Positions 22,153 to 31,254 of a DNA stretch of 32,000 bases are shown here, in pieces. The DNA is taken from contig NC_014909.2 in NCBI RefSeq assembly GCF_000185985.2, forward strand, positions 660,001-692,000. Direction: 5' to 3'. Numbering within the stretch: the stretch's first letter is position 1; each line of letters opens with the position of its first letter. Position numbers and translations under genes: made by a program. This stretch comes from Candidatus Saccharimonadota bacterium. Lineage in GTDB: Bacteria > Pseudomonadota > Gammaproteobacteria > Enterobacterales > Enterobacteriaceae. The notes beneath the pieces are model-generated. The model did no database searches. It had not been told where the DNA came from and worked only from the letters and a program-made list of their open reading frames with translations.

Positions 22153-23310
22153 TTATCGTATTGATCCAAGCGCTTGATTTAAATCATTAATAAGATCTAC
22201 GCTATCTTCTAATCCTACAGATATACGCAATAACATATTACTAATTCCTGCTTTTTTTCTTGAATCTTGTGACATAGCAGCATGAGTCATAGTAGCAGGA
22301 TGAGAAATCAAACTCTCAACTCCACCAAAAGATTCTGCTAACGTAAACAATTTTAACGATCTTAAAAATTTAATTAATGTATTTTCAGACCCATGTAATT
22401 CAAAACTCAATATTGACCCAAAGCCTCTTTGTTGCGCACAAGCTATTTCATACCCAGTATTACCTGGTAAACCTGGATAATATACAGATTTAATTTCGGC
22501 TTGGTTTAAAAGAAAATCTATAATATTCTTAGTGTTCTTCTGTTGTTGATAAATTCTTGGAACCAAGGTTCGAATTCCTCGCAACAGCTGATAGCTATCA
22601 AAAGCACTTCCAGTAATACCTAACGTATTTACCCACCAAAACAATCTTTCATAAAATTTAATATTATCAGTAATCACGACTCCTGATATTACATCTGAAT
22701 GACCATTCAAATATTTACTACAAGAATGTAATACTAAATCTGCTCCTAATTGTAATGGATTTTGTAAAATAGGAGTCATAAAAGTGTTATCCACAACACA
22801 AATAACACCATTTTTTTTTAAATTACATATAAAAGCAATATCTGTGACACGAAGCATTGGATTACTTGGAGTTTCAATTAAAATTAACTTAGGACTATAC
22901 TTACTAACACTCCTTAACACAGATTTCAAATCACACTGATTGATAAATCGAACTCTGCAAATTCCTTTTTGATCTAAAGATTCTAATAAACGATAAGTAC
23001 CCCCATAACAATCATAAGGAGCAATTAAAAAATCCCCCGGATTTAAAAAAGTCATACATATTAAAGAAATTGCAGACATTCCACTACTTGTGATTATTGC
23101 ATATTGTCCCTGTTCTAAATCAGCTAAGGCTTTCTGAGCCACATCTCGAGTAGGATTTCTACGTCTAGAATAATCATACATTCTAGGTTCATTAAAACCA
23201 GTAAAATTATAAATAGTTGAAAGAGTGATAGGAGAAACTACACATCCATGCTGCTCATCACTGTTTAATCCACTCCTGACACTAATCGTTGATTGATTTA
23301 TTTTATTCAT
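22153..23310 (-). CDS. metB: Cystathionine gamma-synthase (O-succinylhomoserine (thiol)-lyase)
   Basis: 385 aa. SVRSGLNSDEQHGCVV, YDYSRRRNPTRD, HSCSKYLNGHSD (PLP lysine) and ESFGGVESLISHPATMTHA are colinear with E. coli MetB. Confidence 0.95.
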   Translation of the reverse strand: MNKINQSTISVRSGLNSDEQHGCVVSPITLSTIYNFTGFNEPRMYDYSRRRNPTRDVAQKALADLEQGQYAIITSSGMSAISLICMTFLNPGDFLIAPYDCYGGTYRLLESLDQKGICRVRFINQCDLKSVLRSVSKYSPKLILIETPSNPMLRVTDIAFICNLKKNGVICVVDNTFMTPILQNPLQLGADLVLHSCSKYLNGHSDVISGVVITDNIKFYERLFWWVNTLGITGSAFDSYQLLRGIRTLVPRIYQQQKNTKNIIDFLLNQAEIKSVYYPGLPGNTGYEIACAQQRGFGSILSFELHGSENTLIKFLRSLKLFTLAESFGGVESLISHPATMTHAAMSQDSRKKAGISNMLLRISVGLEDSVDLINDLNQALGSIR

Positions 23311-23465
23311 ATAACAGAGTTATCATCATTATATACAACAAACTTATATGTAATAAACACAGCATATTTTAAGATACTATCTAAACAACACCGTAACTAT
23401 CTACATTTAATTATACATTAATATAATAATAACATAAACATAATAAACATTTATTTAATATCTTA

Positions 23466-23708
23466 TCATTTACTTTTATTAAACTTAGACAAGAAAGCAT
23501 TATCATTATTTTTATTAAAACGCTTATTAAACAAATTCACTCTCCCTCTTGTATCTATGACACGTTGAGTTCCAGTATAAAAAGGATGACACAAGCTACA
23601 CACATCTAAATGAATATTATTTTTTAAAGTAGACTTCACATTGATTATATTACCACACGAACAAGTTGCTTGTATTGAATTATACTGCGGATGAATATCT
23701 TTTTTCAT
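23466..23708 (-). CDS. rpmE: 50S ribosomal protein L31 (Zn-ribbon type), about 10-aa C-terminal extension
   Basis: [14 protein letters not shown] and [10 protein letters not shown] match E. coli L31. GAGGAG Shine-Dalgarno lies upstream. Confidence 0.95.
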   Translation of the reverse strand: MKKDIHPQYNSIQATCSCGNIINVKSTLKNNIHLDVCSLCHPFYTGTQRVIDTRGRVNLFNKRFNKNNDNAFLSKFNKSK

Positions 23709-24033
23709 TTTCTCCTCACTTTACTACTAAACCTTTTATATTAAAAATCTAAATTACAATAATAAAAATAACCTACTATTCTATTATAATTATCCTAACA
23801 ACTTTAATTTAGTAACACAGTAGCCACATAATAAAAGTGTCAAAATTAATCAATTCTCTACTTTAGCAATACCAATTACACATATAATTAATCTCAATAT
23901 TACCCCTTATTCGATTATAAAACACACACATCTAGCTTGATACAATAATAATATCTTCAATGTATATCACAAATCAATTTAATATCTCAAAATTTTTAAA
24001 AATCACGTAATATACAATATAAATTTAAATGAT

Positions 24034-24047
24034 ATCTGCATGCAGAT
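24034..24047. repeat. Perfect 14-bp palindrome ATCTGCATGCAGAT
   Basis: Read directly from the sequence. Located in the divergent rpmE/fpr spacer, 147 nt upstream of the fpr start. Confidence 0.85.
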
Positions 24048-24193
24048 TACAACACTAATTATTTTATCACAAAAAAGCACACTAACATTGATTTAACAAT
24101 AAAATTTGGTGTATATTGTATACACGATCGATCATATAAGAGTATTATATATGACAATGCGTTATATCTAAAATTTAATCTAGACATAAATAT

Positions 24194-24949
24194 ATGCCTA
24201 CATGGATTGATGGAAAAATTATTTCTATTACACACTGGACAAATAATCTATTTAGTATTGTGATAAATGCTAAAACTGATAAATTTATCGCAGGACAATT
24301 CTCTAAGATAGGATTAAAAATTAATAATAAGATAATACAACGCGCATACTCTTATATTAATTCTCCAAACAGTCCAAACTTAGAATTTTATATTAGTAAA
24401 GTAATCTCTGGAAAATTAACTACTTTACTATATTCTTTATCTTCTGAAGATACTATACTAATCTCTAAGGAGTCATACGGACAATTTACAATTAATACAA
24501 TTCCTATTTCTAATAATTATTATTTTCTATGGATGATTGCAACAGGAACAGGAATAAGCCCATATCTATCTATACTTGATAGTTTTGACAATAGACTCAA
24601 TCATTTTTCAAAAATTATATTAGTTCACGCAACTAAATACTCCAAAAATTTAAATTATTTGCATAAAATGCACACATTAAAAAAACTGTATAAAAAAAAA
24701 CTAATCATACAAACCATTCTTAGCCAAGAACAAACTTCTCATTCATTATATGGTCGAATACCGATTTTAATAGAGAATAATACTTTAGAAAAAAGCATAG
24801 GACTATACTTAAATAATAAAAGTCATATAATGCTTTGCGGAAACCCTCATATGATACTAGATACTAAAACAATACTATACAAAAAGTATGGAATAAAAAA
24901 CTGCCCCAAAAATAAGATAAAACGCATCACTCAAGAACGATACTGGTAA
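24194..24949 (+). CDS. fpr: Ferredoxin/flavodoxin-NADP+ reductase
   Basis: 251 aa. AGQFSKIGL, QRAYSYINSP, LEFYI, MIATGTGISPYLSIL, MLCGNPHM and the C-terminal ERYW are colinear with E. coli Fpr. Confidence 0.93.
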   Translation: MPTWIDGKIISITHWTNNLFSIVINAKTDKFIAGQFSKIGLKINNKIIQRAYSYINSPNSPNLEFYISKVISGKLTTLLYSLSSEDTILISKESYGQFTINTIPISNNYYFLWMIATGTGISPYLSILDSFDNRLNHFSKIILVHATKYSKNLNYLHKMHTLKKLYKKKLIIQTILSQEQTSHSLYGRIPILIENNTLEKSIGLYLNNKSHIMLCGNPHMILDTKTILYKKYGIKNCPKNKIKRITQERYW

Positions 24950-25221
24950 TAATATTTCAATCTTTTATATTCAGCAATATAATATAAATATCAATATTTT
25001 CCATCATTCTCAATCTTTAAATAAAATTTAATAATTGCTTCACTTAATCATTTTAATAAAACATAATAAACAAATATACTCTAATTTAAATTAACCCATA
25101 TCATTCTATTATTAGAAATCACCTTGATTTATAACAATTTTTTTACTATATTTAAATAAGAATATATATACAAAAATAATACGTCTATTTTTTTATTTTA
25201 AAGTAAAAAAGAGAAAACTGT

Positions 25222-26037
25222 ATGACATCCCCATTAATAATAGGTAATTGGAAACTAAATGGCACACGACAAAAAATACAAGAATCATTATCTATTTTAA
25301 CTAAAGAAAAAATAATTCAATATAAAAAACATATTGATGTAGCTATAGCTCCTCCTATAGTATATCTAAGTTTAGTTAATGATTACCTATTAAAAAATTG
25401 CACCTACTTTTCTAATCAAACTAAGCACAAATATATTGAATTATGCGCTCAAAATGTCGACATTAATTTATCAGGTGCATTCACTGGAGATATCTCAGCA
25501 GCAATGCTAAAAGATTTAGGAGTAAAATATGTCCTTATTGGACATTCTGAACGCAGAAAATATCACAAAGAAAATACTACATATATCGCAAAAAAAATCA
25601 CTACTGTAAAAAAAATAAAATTAATACCTATTTTATGTATTGGAGAAAACCAACAAGACTACGACTCTGGATCCACACAACTAACATGCGCTTATCAAAT
25701 TGACTCTGTAATTAACTTAACAGGAATACAGGCATTTAAAAATACAATTATTGCTTACGAGCCTATATGGGCAATCGGTAATGGAATAAATGTATGCCCA
25801 AAACATGTACAATCAATTCATGAATTTATACGACAACGCATTGCTCTACATGATACACACATAGCAAAACAAATATTAATACAATACGGCGGTTCCGTAA
25901 ATTTAAATAATGCTATTCAACTTCTTGAACAAAAAGACGTCAATGGATTATTAATTGGAGCTGCTTCTTTAAACATGAACACTTTTATTCAAATTATACA
26001 AACTATTGAACAATATCTTCAAAATAAACTTTACTAA
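25222..26037 (+). CDS. tpiA: Triosephosphate isomerase
   Basis: 271 aa. GNWKLNG, AQNVDINLSGAFTGDISAAMLKD, IGHSERR, AYEPIWAIGNG and IQYGGSV are colinear with E. coli TpiA, with an internal insertion near residues 25-60. Confidence 0.95.
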   Translation: MTSPLIIGNWKLNGTRQKIQESLSILTKEKIIQYKKHIDVAIAPPIVYLSLVNDYLLKNCTYFSNQTKHKYIELCAQNVDINLSGAFTGDISAAMLKDLGVKYVLIGHSERRKYHKENTTYIAKKITTVKKIKLIPILCIGENQQDYDSGSTQLTCAYQIDSVINLTGIQAFKNTIIAYEPIWAIGNGINVCPKHVQSIHEFIRQRIALHDTHIAKQILIQYGGSVNLNNAIQLLEQKDVNGLLIGAASLNMNTFIQIIQTIEQYLQNKLY

Positions 26038-26078
26038 TCTACTATCATAATTTAAATTGTGAACTATTTCCTATGTGA

Positions 26079-27044
26079 TTAAAATAATCTTTTTGCTGTC
26101 CTAAAAAAATCTTGTCGAAATGGTCGATGAACACATTGTTGTATAATACTACTAATATCATTATATACTAATTTTTCATTTTGAATTCCAATACAACACC
26201 CACTACATCCCTGTAATAACAATTCAACAGAATACACCCCCATTCTAGATCCTAAAATACGATCATACGCAACTGGTTTTCCCCCACGTTGAATATATCC
26301 TAAAACAGTGGCTCGAGTTTCCTTTCCGGTTTTTTTCTCAATATACTTTGCTAAATCAAATACATTACAAATATGCTCAGTAATAGCAACTATTGCATGT
26401 TTTTTACCCTTAGCAATATCAAATTTGACTTTATTAACTAAATCTTGCACTTCAAATTTTAATTCAGGTACAACAACAAATTCACAACCTCCTGCTATAG
26501 CTGCTGCTATAGTTAAATCTCCACAATAACGACCCATAACCTCCACAATAGAAACACGTTGATGTGAAGAAGAAGTATCCCGTAACCGATCAATTGCCTC
26601 AATAATTGTTTCTAAAGCTGTAAAATAACCAATAGTATAATCTGTTCCAGAAACATCATTATCAATAGTCCCAGGTAATCCAATACAAGGACATCCCATA
26701 TCACTTAACTTTTTTGCACCAATATAAGACCCATCCCCACCTATAATCACTAGAGCATCAAGATTACGTTTTTTAATGTTACGCACAACCTTTTCTCTAA
26801 TAGTATATTTTCTAAAATCCGGAAAACGAGAAGATCCAAGAAACGTACCACCTCTATTAATTATATCTGATACACTACAATGATTTAATAAAATCATACG
26901 ATTTTGGAATAATCCCAAATAACCATCATATATACCATAAACTTCTAAACCTTCAGACAACCCCGTACGAACGACTCCCCGAATAGCTGCATTCATCCCA
27001 GGAGAATCTCCACCACTTGTCAATACTCCTATTCTTTTTATCAT
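26079..27044 (-). CDS. pfkA: ATP-dependent 6-phosphofructokinase I
   Basis: ORF 26079..27053 (the track start is TTG). [26 protein letters not shown] equals the E. coli PfkA N-terminus, so ATG at 27044 is preferred. GLPGTIDND and MGRYCGDLT are conserved. Confidence 0.96.
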   Translation of the reverse strand: MIKRIGVLTSGGDSPGMNAAIRGVVRTGLSEGLEVYGIYDGYLGLFQNRMILLNHCSVSDIINRGGTFLGSSRFPDFRKYTIREKVVRNIKKRNLDALVIIGGDGSYIGAKKLSDMGCPCIGLPGTIDNDVSGTDYTIGYFTALETIIEAIDRLRDTSSSHQRVSIVEVMGRYCGDLTIAAAIAGGCEFVVVPELKFEVQDLVNKVKFDIAKGKKHAIVAITEHICNVFDLAKYIEKKTGKETRATVLGYIQRGGKPVAYDRILGSRMGVYSVELLLQGCSGCCIGIQNEKLVYNDISSIIQQCVHRPFRQDFFRTAKRLF

Positions 27045-27368
27045 ATATACCAATTTTCAATTAATTATACTCAATCCCACCTTAATCACACTAAAACAAT
27101 GCTATATATACACATGAATATTTTCAAAAAATAACCTTTACACAAATTTTAATCTTAAAAACTACATATAAATATTATCCATACAATTCTAATAACAAAT
27201 AAATCTATTCCATTTTCATAAAAAATGAAAAAGTAAAAAATATAACAACATACCCATTCTTTTATTTTTTATAAAATAAGATCAATGCTCTACGTTTAAT
27301 AATTTACTTTAATAAAATAATTCTCCTTATAGGACATATCTAATTTTATAACTTTCACTGCTTATACA

Positions 27369-28106
27369 CTAACTAACTAATTGAGCAGATTTCCCAGTAA
27401 CTGTAGAATAAGGAGGGACTGAATGTAACACAATTGAACCAGCACCTATTTTTGCTCCACAACCTATTTCAATATTACCTAAAACAATGGCTCCAGCTCC
27501 AATTAATACATCTTGCTTTATTTTTGGATGACGATTCCCCTGAATTTTACCAGTACTACCTAATGTAACCGATTGCATTATAGAAACATTATTTTCTATT
27601 ACTGCTGTCTCTCCTATCACCACTCCAGTTGCATGATCCAACATAATTCCACGTCCAATCTTAGCAGCAGGATGAATATCAACATTAAAAATAACAGAAA
27701 TACAATTATAAAAATACATAGCTAACTCTTCACGATTATTATTCCATAACCAATGAATAATGCGATATGCTTGTAATGCATGAAATCCTTTAAAATATAA
27801 AAAAGGAGTAATATATTTTGATACAGATGGATCATTCAAACGAATTACATATACATCCCATGCCGCAGAAATAACAATATCATTATCATCTTCATATATA
27901 TTTTTCAACATACCAATTAAATCATTTTTTTTTATATCTACATTACTTAACTTTGTAGACAACATATAAACTAAGGCATCCTTAAAACTGTTATGTTTTA
28001 ATAAAAACATATATAAAAAATTCATCAATAAAGGTTCAGAATTCAACAATAATTTAGCTTCAAATATCATATTACTCCAAACCATATCTATTTTATTTAC
28101 AACCAT
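27369..28106 (-). CDS. cysE: Serine O-acetyltransferase, lacking about 27 C-terminal residues relative to E. coli CysE
   Basis: 245 aa. LYFKGFHALQAYRI, DIHPAAKIGRGIMLDHATGVVIGETAVIENNVSI and GNRHPKI match CysE. AAGGAGGTG Shine-Dalgarno lies upstream. The protein ends at ...GKSAQLVS, about E. coli position 246 of 273. Confidence 0.93.
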   Translation of the reverse strand: MVVNKIDMVWSNMIFEAKLLLNSEPLLMNFLYMFLLKHNSFKDALVYMLSTKLSNVDIKKNDLIGMLKNIYEDDNDIVISAAWDVYVIRLNDPSVSKYITPFLYFKGFHALQAYRIIHWLWNNNREELAMYFYNCISVIFNVDIHPAAKIGRGIMLDHATGVVIGETAVIENNVSIMQSVTLGSTGKIQGNRHPKIKQDVLIGAGAIVLGNIEIGCGAKIGAGSIVLHSVPPYSTVTGKSAQLVS

Positions 28107-28138
28107 ACACCTCCTTAAAAATAATAAATCAATATAAT

Positions 28139-29188
28139 TTAACTTGAAATTTCTATTTCATCAACATATGTTTGTCTCAACAATTCATAGACCGACTCAT
28201 AAATATTTTTATTTTCATATAAAATCTGATATATTTGATTGGTAATAGGCATAATAACCTTATGTTTAATAGATAACATGTGTATTGCTTTCGCACTATA
28301 CACCCCCTCTATTACCTGACCTATTTTTTTTCTAGCTTGATCAATATTTATCCCTTCCCCTAACAAGACACCAAAACGACGATTACGCGATTGATTATCA
28401 ATACAAGTCAATACCAAATCTCCTAATCCAGCTAATCCTGAAAATACGCTATCAGTAGCACCCATCGCAACTCCTAATCTAGACATTTCAGCTAAACCTC
28501 GAGTAATTAAAGCAGTTCTAGCATTAGCCCCAAACCCTAATCCATCAGATATGCCTACGCCAATTGCAATAACATTCTTTACAGCTCCTGCTACCTGAAC
28601 CCCAACAACATCAGTATTTCTATATACTCGAAGATTTTTAACAGAAAATAATAGTTTTTGAATATCATAACTAAAATCAACATCATTAGATGTCAAAGTT
28701 ATTGCAGTAGGCAAACCTATAGCAAGTTCTCGAGCAAAAGTTGGACCAGAAATTATAGCAAAAGAAACATTATTCCCCAAAACATCATCAACTACATCCT
28801 TTAATAATCGACCAGTATTAGGCTCCAAACCCTTAGAAGCAATAATAACACGAATTTTATCTGTCAAATTTATCTTTATCTTTAACAACACACAACTAAA
28901 AACGTAACTAGGAACAGCAATTAGAATGTTCTTAGAAACACTTAAGGCTATCGATAAAGACTTCTCTAAATATAACAAAGGAGGAAAAGGAATATTAGGT
29001 AAATTAATTGGATTAGATCGATTACTTTTAAGTATCTCAATATGTTTAGAATTATGTCCCCATAACACAACTGCATTACCACCTTTAGATAAAGCAACAG
29101 CTATCGCTGTTCCATATGCTCCAGCTCCAATCACAGTAATAGCAATTGGTTTTTGCGCTAAACTCAGGATACACAATGATCTAACCAA
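28139..29188 (-). CDS. gpsA: NAD(P)H-dependent glycerol-3-phosphate dehydrogenase
   Basis: 349 aa. VIGAGAYGTA, ISGPTFARE, GAVKNVIAIG, GFGANARTALITRGLAEM and GDLVLTCIDNQSRNRRFG match GpsA. There is no ATG near the N-terminus. The track start is TTG at 29188 (alternative TTG at 29176), so the exact start is uncertain. Confidence 0.92.
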   Translation of the reverse strand: MVRSLCILSLAQKPIAITVIGAGAYGTAIAVALSKGGNAVVLWGHNSKHIEILKSNRSNPINLPNIPFPPLLYLEKSLSIALSVSKNILIAVPSYVFSCVLLKIKINLTDKIRVIIASKGLEPNTGRLLKDVVDDVLGNNVSFAIISGPTFARELAIGLPTAITLTSNDVDFSYDIQKLLFSVKNLRVYRNTDVVGVQVAGAVKNVIAIGVGISDGLGFGANARTALITRGLAEMSRLGVAMGATDSVFSGLAGLGDLVLTCIDNQSRNRRFGVLLGEGINIDQARKKIGQVIEGVYSAKAIHMLSIKHKVIMPITNQIYQILYENKNIYESVYELLRQTYVDEIEISS

Positions 29189-29427
29189 CTTATAAAATAT
29201 GCAACTAATTGTAGTAAACTACCTTTTTTTTAAATAAAAACACTTCATTATAAAACTTCACCATAATCTATCTCAATTTACTAACTCATACTCCACAATA
29301 CAAAACATTTTAAAAAATAAAAATTCAGACTCTCCCTATTTTAAAATATACAAATTTTTTTTTAATAAAATCTCAAAAAATCTAGCTCAAAACAATCTTA
29401 TACTAAACATAACAAAAAACATCACTA

Positions 29428-29694
29428 TTATTTTAATACCAAATTCAAAGCCTCCTGATCATCATTAAACTTCAATAAATCATCCGACCCCCCAATATGC
29501 TTTCCATTAATAAAAATTTGGGGCACTGTGACACATCCTCCAGACCTAGTACGCATTTCTAAATAAGTAGCATCAGAAGAATCCCTGCCAACAAAAATTT
29601 CTTTAAAATTTAAAGACTTACTCTTTAAAAAAGATTTTGCTTTATCACAATAAGGACACCCTTTCCTTATATAAATTTCTATATTATAAGACAT
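29428..29694 (-). CDS. grxC: Glutaredoxin 3
   Basis: 88 aa. IEIYIRKGCPYCDKAK (CPYC active site), TVPQIFI and HIGGSDDL are colinear with E. coli GrxC. Confidence 0.93.
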   Translation of the reverse strand: MSYNIEIYIRKGCPYCDKAKSFLKSKSLNFKEIFVGRDSSDATYLEMRTRSGGCVTVPQIFINGKHIGGSDDLLKFNDDQEALNLVLK

Positions 29695-29699
29695 TTCTA

Positions 29700-30182
29700 T
29701 TATTCCCTTTTCTGATTAGCACCAATTTTATTTGTTTTTAAAAATAAAGGAAAATTCTCTTCCCAACTTAAAATACCCCCTTTCAATAAATACACCTCCA
29801 TATACCCCAATTTCTTTAAATGCCTTCTCAACGCAAATAATGACCATCCTCTACAAACATCATGTACAATAATTAACGGACTTCTTTTATTTTTAACCCA
29901 ATCACTCATTGAAAAAACAACACCATACTTTATATCCTCAATTTTTACATTAATACTATTTATAATATGACCAGATAAATATTCATTTGAACTTCTTATA
30001 TCTAAAACCACTGCATTCCTTTTATTAATCAAAAAAACAACTTTATCACAAGAAATTTCAAAATAACCAAACACATACCCTATAATAAAATTATATACCA
30101 CGATAAAAAAAAACACACACCACACAGAAACTAAAAATAAATGCCTCTCTGTAAATGCCACCAATTCTCTTAATAACATCAT
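29700..30182 (-). CDS. yibN: Membrane-anchored rhodanese-domain protein (YibN-like)
   Basis: ORF 29700..30191 (the track start is TTG). An N-terminal hydrophobic helix is followed by a rhodanese fold. AVVLDIRSSNEYLSGHIINSIN and LKGGILSW align with E. coli YibN. ATG at 30182 or 30179 is more likely. It lies 5 nt upstream of grxC, as in E. coli. Confidence 0.8.
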   Translation of the reverse strand: MMLLRELVAFTERHLFLVSVWCVFFFIVVYNFIIGYVFGYFEISCDKVVFLINKRNAVVLDIRSSNEYLSGHIINSINVKIEDIKYGVVFSMSDWVKNKRSPLIIVHDVCRGWSLFALRRHLKKLGYMEVYLLKGGILSWEENFPLFLKTNKIGANQKRE

Positions 30183-30577
30183 TAACAACAATTAATCATG
30201 ATTTTCTTACATCAACTCTTTAAAAACAAAAATAATTAAATATTTCCCTTTTTTACCGATTAATCATCCCCTATTCAAATAACAATCAAACTAACACACC
30301 TCAAGTTTAAACTCATATACTTTACAAACAACCAACCCATGCATAAGCTTTTATGCACTAAAACAAATTACCTCTCATACAATAGTAACACACATACATA
30401 TATTACTACCAAAATTATTAAAAGTAAACATTTTCTCTTATCTGATTTTCATACCTAAAATAGATAAAAGAAACAACGTACAATTTTCTATAATTCAATT
30501 GACAAACCCCTCCAATTCAAAGATACTACTCAGTATAATGGGAAGAGAGAAGAAAACTAATATATATATAACTATAA

Positions 30578-30657
30578 CATACCACAATCAAATAATATAT
30601 ACACACCTTCGTATGTGGCTGTAGCGTTTGTGTGTGCTACGATTGAGCTGTGGTATG
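30578..30657. other. Strand-composition switch point with nested inverted repeats (candidate replication origin core)
   Basis: Hand counts give G about 22 and C about 86 for 30181-30600, against G about 119 and C about 53 for 30601-31260. The outer inverted repeat is CATACCACAATC (30578-30589) versus GATTG[AGCTG]TGGTATG (30641-30657). The inner one is ACACAC (30601-30606) versus GTGTGT (30630-30635). Both are centred near 30618. (TA)5 lies at 30561-30570 and a polypurine tract at 30540-30556. Flanking genes are divergent. Confidence 0.45.
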
Positions 30658-31254
30658 ATGAATGAAAAAAAATAGTTTATATTTGTGCCCGGCCTTTATT
30701 ATTATTGTATGCTACCTTCACTATTTTTAGCGGTTAATGTTCTTTAGAGAAAATCTAAAAAGAAATTTGAAGAATAGATTTCTTGTATAGTTATAAGAAG
30801 GGTCGGTAATAAGTCTTGGGAAGTAAAGTTGGACTTTTTAGTGAAAGTAACAGTTATATATAAAATATATCATAGAATTATTGATCAGTAAAAATAAGAT
30901 ATTGTAAAGTGTATTTATTCTTAATGATGAAATTAAAAAATCAATGTTGGGATATACACTTATGGTGGTGTGATGATATTAGTATAGTATATATGTTTTA
31001 AAATTATTTTACTTTCCTTATTTATATAATTAAAATGGTAGAAAAGCATGTGGTATTGTTGTGGGGTCAGAAATAAAAAATCCATTAAATAAAGATACAA
31101 AGTAATGTATAGAGATGACTTATTGAAAATAAGAAATTGATCCGATATGTTCATTGTGTAAAAAATTAAAAATAATAATTTAATATGCACTAAAGGGCAT
31201 ATATTTAGTATATATCATATATTTTTTATGTAGAAAACTCAGAGATATTGAGAC

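Noticed and set aside
26051-26060. Short A/T-only palindromes and hairpins at gene ends: AATTTAAATT between tpiA and pfkA, TTTTCAT/ATGAAAA at about 27213-27231, and AATTCAAC/GTTGAATT at 6923-6981.
   Set aside because: The stems are short (6-8 bp) and all or mostly A/T, with long loops or no following U-tract. They cannot be distinguished from chance symmetry in this composition, so I did not call them terminators.
30924-31001. A 25-aa plus-strand ORF rich in Trp and Cys (MMKLKNQCWDIHLWWCDDISIVYMF) right of the switch.
   Set aside because: TGG and TGT enrichment simply reflects the G/T-rich strand. There is no ribosome-binding site, and the ORF is too short to support.
30985-31015. A dif-like A/T stretch (AGTATAGTATATATGTTTTAAAAT) and a TGTATA core near 31105, considered as a possible XerCD site, which would imply a terminus.
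   Set aside because: The match to the dif XerC and XerD arms is poor and needs indels. The polarity of the composition switch is origin-type, not terminus-type. xerC is also absent from its syntenic locus.
30960-31190. A 76-aa ORF on the minus strand in the yibN-hldD spacer (MHIKLLFLIFYTMNISDQF...).
   Set aside because: It is an F/Y/L/I/N-rich low-complexity translation of AT-rich DNA. It has no Shine-Dalgarno sequence and no recognisable domain. It also lies on the lagging-type strand just right of the composition switch, so it is most likely non-coding.
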